This document shows positions 27,408-38,000 of a stretch of DNA of 64,000 nucleotides, piece by piece. The translations under genes and the position numbers were made by a program. Numbering within the stretch: position 1 is the stretch's first letter; each line of letters begins with the position of its first letter. Under the pieces are notes generated by a model. It had not been told where the DNA came from and ran no database searches. It worked only from the letters and a program-made list of their open reading frames with translations. This DNA comes from Verrucomicrobiota bacterium (GTDB lineage: Bacteria > Verrucomicrobiota > Verrucomicrobiia > Opitutales > Seribacteraceae), in assembly GCA_027622665.1 (NCBI GenBank), contig JAQBYT010000002.1, positions 96,001 through 160,000 of the forward strand, written 5' to 3'.

Positions 27408-27802
27408 TCACGTGATGTCATTTTCATATTCCTCAGTTTCCGTACGCAGCTGTTCATTCAATGTCTTCGCAAACTCGGCGAACGGTTCGATCACCCCCTG
27501 ATGGTGGAGGCAGAGCTGACCTTGTTCATCGCAGCCTGAGACCCATTTGGCGTAGGTGGTCATGTATTCCCGCTCAAGAGCCAGGGCCTGCTCGGCTTCC
27601 TTCACCAGGTCTTCAAGTTTTTCAGGTGGTGGCCAGCAGCAGTGCTCGTTGCCCAGTGGCCAGGCTTTGTAGCCGAAGAGCGGCAGTTTGGCGTTCTGCA
27701 GATGATAGACTGCTCGAAGATGCAGCGAGCTTATGCGGCAGATGTCGGCCATGTAGCGAGCTTGGTCACGGCCGGTGGCAATCGCGGCTTCGGCAAGTTC
27801 CT
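27408..27802 (-). pseudogene. Start-less 3' fragment of an unknown protein
   Basis: Protein-like helical sequence QELAEAAIAT...EEYENDIT* begins where the FAD oxidoreductase frame breaks down. Confidence 0.5.
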
Positions 27803-28497
27803 GGCTCATCGTATTCCGACTTGGCGTCCGGTCCCGAGTCCCACTCGGCGCCACTGCCCTGAATGACGTCGCCCCAGTCGCTCGCGTCAATCGTGAGCCG
27901 GGCTCGGACGATCAGCTCATCTCCTGAGTCAGTTGAAAGGAAGGTAGCCCCAAAGACACAATTTTTCTCGGTCAAAACCCTTTGCAGGCGGTAGTTGGAG
28001 AATCGCTTGAGTTGTCCGGTCTTTTCAAAAGGCGCCAGAAGTTCCCGAAACACGGCTTCGGACACCTTGGGGCGACTGGTGGTGATCACGCGGGTGTTGC
28101 CCGGTCTGGGAACGCCACCGTAGAGCTTGGCGTTCCGTTCCTCGATTGCGTCGATTACGTCCCGAAAAATACCCGAGCGAGGAATCGGCACTGAGCCGTC
28201 GTAGCCATGGGCCCGATTTTCATCAATGGCACCCAACCCCTCGGCACTGAACTGTCCACCCAGCCACTCAATGTCGTTCACCAGGACGATTTTCTTCACA
28301 CCCATGCGGGTCGCTTGAACTGCTGCCGCGCAGCCGCTCTCGGTGCCGCCGACAACGAGCAGGTCGGCCTCGATTGTCTCGGCCCTCGCCGGGTTCGGCC
28401 AGCCGGCCAGGCAGGATGTGGCCGAAAAAAGCAGCAAAGGAAAGAATGGCTTCAACCTGCTATTTTTCTGAAACAAGCGCTTTTTAGATGGAGCCAT
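27766..28497 (-). pseudogene. FAD-dependent oxidoreductase (FAD_oxidored family), truncated after about 232 aa
   Basis: ADLLVVGGTESGCAAAVQA, WLGGQFSAEG, TIDASDWGD; stops shortly after EYDEP, much shorter than expected for the family. Confidence 0.8.
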
Positions 28498-28515
28498 ATG
28501 AATATCAACCGCTGC

Positions 28516-29808
28516 TCAAGCTATGATTTGTGAAAGAGTTCCGCTGCTATCGGAAAATCGCCCGGCGGGAACATCCAACGCGTTTGTCAGCGTTAGGTAG
28601 AGGTTGGACAGCGGCGGAGCCTTTTTGCCGAAATCATGGAACGTCCCCTGTTTGAGGCCAAGTTTTTCGCCTCCCACCAACATCATAGGATAGTTGGTGT
28701 TGACGTGTGTCTGGCTGTTGCTGCTGCCGTAGAGCACAACCGTATTGTCGAGCATCGTGCCTTCACCTTCGGCGGTGTCCGCCAGCTTGGTTATGAACTC
28801 AGCCAGAAGGTCTGCCTGAAACTTGTCGTACTTGCCAAGTTTAACCAGATTTTCACCTCCTTGTACCGCGTTGTGGGCCAGCAGATGGTGGGTGACACCG
28901 AGCCCGAGAGCGATCGGAACGTTGTCCCACTTGCTGCTGTTCATGCTCTGCAGCATGTAGGTCGCATAACGGGTTGAATCTGTCTTGAACGCCAGATAGA
29001 TGAGGTTGTACATCGTGCGGATGAAAGCCGCCGGATCTTGCACGGAGGCGTTAAGGGCCAACTCGTCCGTGGGCACCTTTGGCTTGGGAGTTGCCGTCCA
29101 GCGCTCCATGCGTTCAATCTCCCTCTCCACTTCTCGCAATGCCTGCATGTACCGCTCCAATTTCTGCGAGTCGTCGCGTCCGAGCTTGCGTTTCATCTCG
29201 CGGTAAGACTCCAGAACGCGATCGAGCCTACGCTTGTCGGATGCCAGTCGCGAACGTTGCCCTTTTTGGAGTTGCGGATCGGAATTAAACATTCCGTCAT
29301 ACAATCCACGCAAGTTGTTCGAGGAAGGAATGCCGCGGCCGAATTGATTGTAAGAAAGCGTGTTCGACCTCCCTTCGCCGCCCAAACCTCCTTCATTCCC
29401 AAGCACGAGACTTGGGTAACGCGTTTTATGTCCGTGGGTCATCGCGGCAACCTGGTCGAACGACGGGCTTTTCACCGTTGCGGCGGGGTTACTGCCGGTA
29501 AGGAATGAATCCGCGGTACTGTGTCCGCCGGCGCTCACGCAATGGGGATGCTCCAATCCTTGCAAAACGGTAATACGCTTGGTCAACGGGTTAAAGGCTT
29601 CCATCGACTTGCCGAATTGCATTTGGCCATCGACCAATTTCGGGTACCAACTCCAATCACCATGCAGGGCGAATCCGTGCCCCACGTACAGGGCCAGGAG
29701 TCGCTTGGGCATTTCAATCGTTCGATCAGTCGCCATGCAGTCGAGGAATGGCAGGCTCAGGGCCACCCCGCCAGCGCCCCGAAGAAATGTACGGCGATCA
29801 ATGTTCAT
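28516..29808 (-). CDS. DUF1552 family protein (Tat-exported)
   Basis: MNIDRRTFLRGAGGVALSLPFL, GGHSTADSFLTG, TMLDNTVVLYGS, PLSNLYLT. Confidence 0.9.
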   Translation of the reverse strand: MNIDRRTFLRGAGGVALSLPFLDCMATDRTIEMPKRLLALYVGHGFALHGDWSWYPKLVDGQMQFGKSMEAFNPLTKRITVLQGLEHPHCVSAGGHSTADSFLTGSNPAATVKSPSFDQVAAMTHGHKTRYPSLVLGNEGGLGGEGRSNTLSYNQFGRGIPSSNNLRGLYDGMFNSDPQLQKGQRSRLASDKRRLDRVLESYREMKRKLGRDDSQKLERYMQALREVEREIERMERWTATPKPKVPTDELALNASVQDPAAFIRTMYNLIYLAFKTDSTRYATYMLQSMNSSKWDNVPIALGLGVTHHLLAHNAVQGGENLVKLGKYDKFQADLLAEFITKLADTAEGEGTMLDNTVVLYGSSNSQTHVNTNYPMMLVGGEKLGLKQGTFHDFGKKAPPLSNLYLTLTNALDVPAGRFSDSSGTLSQIIA

Positions 29809-29858
29809 TCTCTTGGCATCAACGTCAGTCTGCATATCTGCCCATTTTGGCGCAACGA

Positions 29859-32800
29859 TCATTCTTGAGCCTTTGATTGTGAACTGCACCTGAAAATGTC
29901 TGAGGTGACAATCGCTTTGATCAGGCTTCGCATTTTGTATCCGCTTTCTTCGAATTCCGATTGCAGACTTAGCACGGTCTGCTCATCACGAAAGGTGATC
30001 GGTCTGCCCAGAGCATAGGAAAGCATATGACGGGTAAAGCCATATGCGAATTGCTTGTGACGCTTTTCGAGAAGGAATTTTTTCAAGGGCAACAGGCCGT
30101 CGATCTCTTGTTCGTCAATTGTGACTTTTTTAACAACTGGGCCAGCTTTCCTGATTGATTTCCGCGGTAGGCCCACCGCATCGAGGCCTTCGGTGGCAAT
30201 GCCCCATGGATCGATATCCTTGTGGCAGTCGTAACACGTTGTGCCTGACTTAAGGTGCAAATCCAATCTTTGCTTGACTGATACTGGGACTCTGGCTTTG
30301 GCATCGCTGGACGGTTCCGGTAATGAAGCCACATCCGGTGGCGGATCGGAAGGCGGATCACCCAGCAGTCGCGAACGTATCCAAACCCCACGGTTGACTG
30401 CGTGGGCATCCTGCCCATTGGATTGGGACAGCATGACCGCAGGCTGCGCCAATACGCCGCCCCCTCGATGATCAGGCGCGTCAACGGACACAAATTTTGG
30501 TGTGTAGACATCGGCGATGCCGTAATGCTCAGCCAGCACTTCATTCACCATAACGAAATCAGATTCAAGAAAACTGAGGCAACTAAGGTCATGGTTGAGA
30601 ACGCGCGCAAAGAATTCGATGCATTCCAGCTTCATGTATTCCCTGATTCGCATGCCACGGTCTTTGAATGCGGGGTAGTCATTCGGATCCACCGCGATCT
30701 GATCGAAGCGGGTGAAATCGATCCATTGCGCCACAAAGTCTTCCACAAACCGCCGTGCTCGATTGTCAGCGAGCAAACGGTCCACCTGCTGCTCGATCGC
30801 GGAGTCACCAAGATATTCCTGCTCACCGGCCAACGTGGTCAACGGCGTATCCGGCGGCCCGTTCCACAGGAAGTAAGACAAGCGGGAGACTAAGTCGTAA
30901 TTGTTTGATTGTCGCAGGTACAGAAACCGTGGGTCACTAAGGATTGTAACGATTGAGCTTCGCAGGGCTTCAAGGTCACTGCTACTCGCCTTAATTTCTT
31001 CCGCCCATACCTTATCTATATGTATCGCGTCGGATTTGGTCAGCGGTCCACGCCAAGCCTTTGCGGCAAATGCCTTCAACTTGCCCGTCATATCTTTTCG
31101 CTCTAACTTATCCTCTGTTAAGAATGGCTGAAGGGAGGGAGGTGGCCAACTTTCAGAAAACGGCGCTTCAAACTCCACCTTTTCGATAACCACATAGCCA
31201 TGTGTTTTCATCGCTTCGGGATATACCGCGGGGCCTTTTGCTTCATTGCCGTGCGTGCCGTTGTTTCCATTTGCCGAGGGGATTAAACCGTGAGTATGGC
31301 CAAACGCCTTGATCCATTGCTCATCAGGCCGCACAAGGAAAATGGGTTCGGTGGTCGCAAATCGCGCAGGCAGTTTAAATCCTTTGAGCTTGTTGTGATT
31401 TACGATCGATAGCGTGCGGAACTTCAGCCAGTAACCGGGGCTTCGATCTTCGGCTACAATGGGTTCGGAAACCACGCCGAGGTGATCTTCCAGGATGCCG
31501 AATAATTCAAATTGCTGCGGGCCTTCTTTGACGGGGACGGTGATCGGCTCCACCAACTTGTAAGGATGCTTGCCGGACTGATCGAGGTACACGCCGATTT
31601 CCTGCGGCGTGCGAGCGGTCCCCCGTTGTTCAAATTTTCTATATCGAATAGCAAGGTCAGTCTTCGCAGACATTGGCGTAAGGACTATCCGGTGAGGGGT
31701 TAAGTCGTCTCCATAGCGAGCGCTCACCTGCAGTGGCCCCGCTGGTAAGCGAACTCCCAAAAATGCCGGTTGATGAATAGTTCCGGTAAATTCGCGGCCG
31801 CCCAAATTCAAGGTCAGTTCCTCCGGTGATTCCAGGGGTTCCCGTACGAATTGTTTCCCCGATTCCAAGAGGGCCTGAATTTCCTTCACGTCCAGAGCTC
31901 GCTTGTAAAAACAGACCTCATCAATCTGTCCCTTGAAAAGCCGTGAGCCCTGTATCCGGCCAATGTGCAAAGCCACCGTCGGATTGTCCAAATTAGTGGG
32001 AGCAACGGTTCCGGAGGCGACCTCAAAACCGTTGACGTACAATCGTGTTTGATTTTCCCCACGTCGCACCACCGCCGCCACGTGCTGCCAAGTATTCACC
32101 CGGATGATACCCGGTTTCGAAGCTACGGTCCCATTGAATTTATTGGTGGGACTGACTGTCTCAATCCGCAACACGCCCTTATCCAGCATATCCAGATACC
32201 ATCCGTGAACCAAGTTGTAACGGCCCAGACAAACAATGCCTCCTTGTCGCAATTGGCTCGGGTTCATCCACGCCGCAACGGTAAAATTTCCTTTTCCCAC
32301 ATCCATCAGGGGGTTGCGCGGGATCACCACCGCATCATCATGCCCATCCAGAGAAATTGCCTTCCCTCCCTTACCGATCGGTGAATCAAGGTACTGCGCG
32401 CCACCCACGAGTTTACCCGTCAATTCCTTGCGCTTGGATTCACTCTGCGTGTCACCGTTTAAACGCCAGGTGCCCACCAATCCCTCCCGTAATTTTGAAG
32501 AATCCGCGGTGTCCGACTCCGTTCTCGGCGGGTTTAAGAAAACATCCACCTGGTAGATGCCCGCCTCCGGGATTTGTACGGTGTGTGGCTTGGCTAAATT
32601 TTTTAACACCTCCTGACCGGGAACCGCTTTGGCTATAGCTAATCCGGGTTTGATCAGAAAATGCTCTCCATACCCATCGGTTGGCGGCTCATTGCGTAAG
32701 GTTAACTTGATCCGGAATCTGCCCTTGCTCCTGTTTTCACGCAGGAACATTCGGTATTCGTGCTTGGGTGGTATCGGGATCTCGAAATCATCACCGATCC

Positions 32801-33635
32801 ACTTTGGCCCTTCGTACAACCGCCGATGCCCCAGGTAAAGATAGTTGTCACCCGCCCAGTGGCATTTTTCCCAATCATTACCAGCGATGCGAAACACATC
32901 CGGCCGAACTGGTTTGAGAGGAGGCATCGCCCGTTCAATGATCTGTTCAAGTGCATCGGTATAGAGTTTGAGGTATGAACCCGAAAGATCGAGTTCCGCC
33001 TGCCGGGAAAAACCGTGCTTGTCGATTGGGTCACCAATAAGCTGGTCCGCAATATGCTCATGAGTTTTTAATAAATCCTGGAGACTATGTGCGATCTGAT
33101 TATTAGTCAGGCGCGTCAATGGATCCCGCAACCCCTTCGCATTCACCTCGTACCTCGTTAATACTCCAATTGCCTCAGCAAGAAACGCCCGGCGTTCATT
33201 CGCCGCGGGCTGTCGCTTGGCTTCTTCGGGCGGCATATCGCCCCGCTGGATGTGATGCATGACCTCTTTCCACAGTTCGTGATTGTCGTCAGTCACACGC
33301 AAGGCAAGCTGATCCAGCCGAACATCGCCCTTGTGCTTTTTTGGCCCGTGACACTCGACGCAGTAACTTTGGAAAAAAAACTTTTCGACTGGCGTTTTCG
33401 CCCGTGTTTGCTCTGGAACCGCCTGTTCCTCGCGGGCATCCGCGGCCTTGGATGCCACCGGTGCCTGGCCCAGGGTCAATCCGATTGTGCCAACAAGGAC
33501 CAGCAAAGAAATGAAAAGTTGTATGCTACTTCTTCCGTAGTTTTTGAATATAGGGTCAAGTCTCGGGTTCTTCATAGGCACTTGGGCAGCACCTGATTTT
33601 CGATCCCGAGCCGAGTTCTTTACGATCATCTTCAC
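29859..33635 (-). CDS. DUF1592-family heme-c protein with an internal LamG-like domain; start may be ATG 33575
   Basis: CVECH, CYDCH, LVSRLSYFLWNGPPD, HMLSYALGR; LamG motifs FTVAAW, WQHVAAV, LYVNG, FKGQIDEV. Confidence 0.9.
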   Translation of the reverse strand: MKMIVKNSARDRKSGAAQVPMKNPRLDPIFKNYGRSSIQLFISLLVLVGTIGLTLGQAPVASKAADAREEQAVPEQTRAKTPVEKFFFQSYCVECHGPKKHKGDVRLDQLALRVTDDNHELWKEVMHHIQRGDMPPEEAKRQPAANERRAFLAEAIGVLTRYEVNAKGLRDPLTRLTNNQIAHSLQDLLKTHEHIADQLIGDPIDKHGFSRQAELDLSGSYLKLYTDALEQIIERAMPPLKPVRPDVFRIAGNDWEKCHWAGDNYLYLGHRRLYEGPKWIGDDFEIPIPPKHEYRMFLRENRSKGRFRIKLTLRNEPPTDGYGEHFLIKPGLAIAKAVPGQEVLKNLAKPHTVQIPEAGIYQVDVFLNPPRTESDTADSSKLREGLVGTWRLNGDTQSESKRKELTGKLVGGAQYLDSPIGKGGKAISLDGHDDAVVIPRNPLMDVGKGNFTVAAWMNPSQLRQGGIVCLGRYNLVHGWYLDMLDKGVLRIETVSPTNKFNGTVASKPGIIRVNTWQHVAAVVRRGENQTRLYVNGFEVASGTVAPTNLDNPTVALHIGRIQGSRLFKGQIDEVCFYKRALDVKEIQALLESGKQFVREPLESPEELTLNLGGREFTGTIHQPAFLGVRLPAGPLQVSARYGDDLTPHRIVLTPMSAKTDLAIRYRKFEQRGTARTPQEIGVYLDQSGKHPYKLVEPITVPVKEGPQQFELFGILEDHLGVVSEPIVAEDRSPGYWLKFRTLSIVNHNKLKGFKLPARFATTEPIFLVRPDEQWIKAFGHTHGLIPSANGNNGTHGNEAKGPAVYPEAMKTHGYVVIEKVEFEAPFSESWPPPSLQPFLTEDKLERKDMTGKLKAFAAKAWRGPLTKSDAIHIDKVWAEEIKASSSDLEALRSSIVTILSDPRFLYLRQSNNYDLVSRLSYFLWNGPPDTPLTTLAGEQEYLGDSAIEQQVDRLLADNRARRFVEDFVAQWIDFTRFDQIAVDPNDYPAFKDRGMRIREYMKLECIEFFARVLNHDLSCLSFLESDFVMVNEVLAEHYGIADVYTPKFVSVDAPDHRGGGVLAQPAVMLSQSNGQDAHAVNRGVWIRSRLLGDPPSDPPPDVASLPEPSSDAKARVPVSVKQRLDLHLKSGTTCYDCHKDIDPWGIATEGLDAVGLPRKSIRKAGPVVKKVTIDEQEIDGLLPLKKFLLEKRHKQFAYGFTRHMLSYALGRPITFRDEQTVLSLQSEFEESGYKMRSLIKAIVTSDIFRCSSQSKAQE

Positions 33636-35002
33636 AACAGGATATCCTCGATGACATGTCCGTGTACGTCGGTCAGTCGAATGTCACGGCCGCTGAAGCG
33701 GTAGGTCAACTCCTCGTGGTCGATCCCGAGCAGGTGCAGCATGGTGGCGTGGAGGTCGTGTATTTGTAATGGCTTATCCACCGCCTTGTAGCCCCAGTCG
33801 TCGGTTGCTCCATAGGTCACGCCGGGCTTGATCCCGCCCCCGGCCATCCAGAGGCTGAATCCGTATTGGTTGTGATCCCGGCCTTTGCCCCCTTGGGCGA
33901 AGGGGGTGCGTCCGAATTCCCCGGACCATACGACCAGGGTTTCATCCAGCAGGCCGCGTGACTTCAAATCGCGGATCAGGCCGGCGATCGGTTGGTCTAC
34001 CGCGCGTGCGTTTGCACTGTGGTTTGTCACCAGGTCACTGTGTGCATCCCAACGCTCCGGTCTCGCCACCGGGATAGTCAACTCGACGAAGCGTACATCC
34101 CGCTCGATTAATCGCCGGGCGAGCAGGCATTCCCGCGCATAAGTCTGTGTGTGCTTGTCTTTGGCATCGAAGCCATAAAGCTTTTTGGTGGCTTCGGTTT
34201 CGCCGTCCAGAGACATGACCTCAGGAATGGCCAGTTGCATCCGGGCCGCTAGTTCGTGGTTGGCAATCGCCGATTCGAGGGCATCGACACCCCCGGCCGT
34301 GTCCCGATTCAGTTTCTGGGCCAGACGCCGCTTAATCTCCTGGGCCCGGCCGGATTTCTCGTTCGGCTTCACATTGGCCAGCGGGGTTCCGATGACGTTC
34401 AACAGGTTGCCGCGGTGGGTCGCAGGCAGAAAGCCATTGGCAAAATTATCTAGTCCACCGGCGGGTATGTGGCCGCCGTTAAGCACAAGGTAGCCGGGGA
34501 GGTTTTCGTTCTCGCTGCCCAGCCCGTAGGTCGCCCATGCGCCCATGCTCGGCCGGCCCTGCAGGCCTAATCCGCTGTGCATGTAGTAACAGGCGGTGGC
34601 GTGCTCGGGGAAATTGGAGGTCATCGATCGAATGATTGCCAACTCATCGGCCAGTTCGGCCATGTGAGGAAACAGGTCGCTGATCCAGGCCCCGCATTTT
34701 CCGCGTTGCTTGAACGCCCAGGGAGACTTCATCACCTTTCCTACGTTCCCGAACTGGGTGGCCTCAATCTTGCCGATGATCTTACGCGGATCCTCCCCGT
34801 GATACTTGGCCAGCATCGGCTTGTAATCGAAGGAGTCGACCTGCGAAACTCCGCCTTCCATGAACAGAAAGATCACATTCTTTGAGCGCGGTCGGTAATG
34901 CGGAATCACCGGTGCTCCGTACAAGCCGGCCAAGGCCAGGCCGCCGAAGCCGAGCGAGGCCTTCTGCAGAAAATCGCGGCGGGGGATGAAGGGATGATTC
35001 AT
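33632..35002 (-). CDS. DUF1501 family protein (Tat-exported)
   Basis: PRRDFL, VIFLFMEGGVSQVDSFDYKP, RPSMGAW, WDAH, GEFGRTP, GRDH. Confidence 0.92.
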   Translation of the reverse strand: MNHPFIPRRDFLQKASLGFGGLALAGLYGAPVIPHYRPRSKNVIFLFMEGGVSQVDSFDYKPMLAKYHGEDPRKIIGKIEATQFGNVGKVMKSPWAFKQRGKCGAWISDLFPHMAELADELAIIRSMTSNFPEHATACYYMHSGLGLQGRPSMGAWATYGLGSENENLPGYLVLNGGHIPAGGLDNFANGFLPATHRGNLLNVIGTPLANVKPNEKSGRAQEIKRRLAQKLNRDTAGGVDALESAIANHELAARMQLAIPEVMSLDGETEATKKLYGFDAKDKHTQTYARECLLARRLIERDVRFVELTIPVARPERWDAHSDLVTNHSANARAVDQPIAGLIRDLKSRGLLDETLVVWSGEFGRTPFAQGGKGRDHNQYGFSLWMAGGGIKPGVTYGATDDWGYKAVDKPLQIHDLHATMLHLLGIDHEELTYRFSGRDIRLTDVHGHVIEDILL

Positions 35003-38000
35003 TTCAGGTAGATAAAATCCGTCATGCTGTAAAACGAATGGCAGAGATCCCGCCAAGCCTCATAATCATTGGGATCTTCCCCATACAATTCGGTAAACGC
35101 AGTAAGGGCCTCTAGGCAGGCCGCCAATTCGCCATCGCTGGGCGGGCGGGCAAAGGCCTCGGCGTACATCCGCCGGATGCGTTCCGGCGCAGACGTCTGC
35201 TCCTTCATGATCCGGCTCGCCCAGACGCCACTCTGCCCATAGAAAAAGCGGTCATTCATCAAGGCCAGAGACTGACCGGCAACGTTGGTGATATCCCGTT
35301 TGCCCATGGTGGTGAAGGGCGCAGGGAAATCGAAGGTCAACATGAGGGTAGGGATGAAATTACGACGGAGCGCGGTATAGATGGATCGTCGACCGGCGCC
35401 ATCCAGAGGTCCGCTTTTCGTGGGACTGCCGCGACCAACGACAAATTCGGTCAGGTGAACCAGGACCGACTTCCCTCCAACCTTTCGGTCCAGTCGGCCC
35501 GAAATGGCGAGCGCCGAGTCGCGAATCGCTTCCGCTTCGAGCCGCCGCACCGGCATGCGGTGCAGCCATCGATTGTCCGGATCCTGATCCGCGTAGACCG
35601 GATCGGCCGCGGTGTTCGACATCCCGAAGGTCCGAGTCAGCACAATTCGTTCAATGAGCGATTTGATCGAGTACGCATGGGTCTCCGCGAACTCGACGGC
35701 CAGGTAATCGAGCAATTCCGGATGACTCGGTCGCTGGCCCAGCCAGCCGAAGTTGTCCGGCGTGGGCACGATCCCGCGACCGAAGAGCTGATGCCAGATC
35801 CGGTTGACCATGACCCGGGAGGTCAGTGGATGATCCTTTGCCGTGAGCTGCCGGGCGAGCTCCAGGCGTCCGGGGCTTCGGTTTTGCAATGGAGCCATGG
35901 CGAGAAGTTCGGGCAGGTTTCGACCGACGCGTTCCCCGGGTGATTGAGGACTGCCCCGGTCGAGGACGTGTTCATCCACCCCGGTGCCTCCCCACCAGCT
36001 AACCGCCAGCCGTGAATCCCATCGCGCTTCTTTCCCCAGGCCCTCGAGGGCCGATTGCCAGGCCATTAACACCGCGTCGGGAAGCTTCACTTTCCCAAGT
36101 TTGAGCAACCAGGCTATATGGGGTACGTGCCGTGCTTCCAGCCTGCCGTCATTCAGGTCATCTAGCGCCCTGTGCAATTCCTTGCGGGACACCGCCTTCT
36201 TCTCTCCCAGCTCCTGCTTCGGGGTTCCTCCATCGATTACTTGAAGGAGCTCGAAAGGCGCATCTCCGACCGGAGAAATTTCGAAGTGAACGCGCTGACC
36301 CACATAACGCTTGAGATTGTGCCCGATCCACTGTGGTGCGTCGCCTTTCGCCTCCACCGTTTTGGCCAGGGTTCCGTGCAGGGGGCCGGCAAAAAGGTTT
36401 TGACTGACCGCGGCATACACTACCGCCTTTCCCCTGATCAGGTAGTAAACTTGACCCGAGGCTAGGGTAACGGTCGGGGTGCGAATGGTTTTACCTGCTC
36501 GCGACAAACCATTCAGCAATCCTCCGGGATCGTTTTCACTGTCGATGTTCTTGAGCCTGCTCCAGAAGGCATCACGGATCGCGCCTCCGTTGCGGGACAG
36601 TGCGAGTGGTTGATCGCCTGTGACCAGCATCAACTGGCCCGGCAGAGCCGGCGACTGCCCAAAGGTTGGTCCGTCCACCAGCCAGGGTGTATGTCTCTGG
36701 ATATAATCGGCCACCATTTGGTGCTTCCCTTCCACGGGATAAATAGGCGACGTCACAAGCTCGAGCCTGACAAGAGCGGCCTGTTCATTGAGTGTCTTCA
36801 GGTTCGCACCCGGGAAAAAATGCCAGGCATTGGCGAGGGAAATGGTTTCCTTCCCCAACTGCAGAACGAGCTGCTCCGGTTTGCCGGCAATGCCTCCGGG
36901 AGAGCCATGGTCCATGACGCGAACGGCAATCGTGTTCTTGCCCGCTTTCAATAGACCCGTGGGAACGGGATACTTCCGTACCGTGTAATGGTGGCCGGGA
37001 TTCTCGTAGCCTCCTACCCTCGAGCCATTGACCCAGGTGACGTCCATGTCATCGATTTGACCGAGGTTCAGGACTGCCTTGGACTTGGCCTGCCCAGCAG
37101 ACAATTCGATGGTTTTTCGAAACCACACCACGCCATCGTGGCCGGGCAACCCGGCGTTTTCAAAATGACCGGGCAGTTTCATGGTTTTCCACTTGGCGTG
37201 ATCAAAGGAAAGCTTGGCCCAAGCTTCGCCTTGGGAACCCGGATCCACGGCCATGATCAGTCTCGTCCAACGGGGCAATGGTGTAGAGATCGGCTCGACG
37301 GGCACATCGTAGTCCAGTGCATCGACCACGGGCCGCGCGGCAGCGGCAAAGGCTTTCGCGATCTTCGGCAGGTAGTCCCGGCGCAATCCTTCCAGTTTCT
37401 TCGCAACCGCTTTGTTCTGTTCCATCGATTCAAACCGTGCCTGTCGGTAACTGGAACTGAGGACAAAGCCCGCCATTGCATAGTAGTCGCGCTGGCGTAT
37501 GGCATCGAACTTGTGGTCATGGCAACGGGCACAGGCCACGGTCAAGCCGAGAAAGGTCTTGCTCATCACATCGATTTTGTTTTCGAGTTGCTCGCATTCG
37601 TCCTTACGTAGATTCACCGGGGCGTGATTTAGCTCTCCAAAGAAGGGCCAACCGGTGGCAAGGATGGATTCGTTGGCTCCAGTTTCGGGATGCAGTCGAG
37701 GGCTTTCCAACAGGTCGCCTGCGAGATGTTCGATGACCAGGGCATCATAGGGAAGATCCGAGTTGAACGCGCGTATCAGGTAGTCGCGATACCGGTAGGC
37801 ATTGGGCAAAATGTCATCCGCCTCATGTCCCCGCGATTCCGCATAGCGCACTAGGTCCATCCAATGACGTGCCCAGCGCTCCCCGTAGTGTGGAGAATCC
37901 AAGAGGGCGCGTACAAGGGTGCGTTTGCGATTCTTGGACGTATCGTTGAGGAAGGCCTGGACATCCTTCGGCTTCGGCGGCAACCCGGTGATAGCGAAGT

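Noticed and set aside
27055..27415. ORFs 27055..27306 (-) and 27086..27415 (+)
   Set aside because: They run through heptamer repeats and low-complexity T/A tracts, with no convincing protein features.
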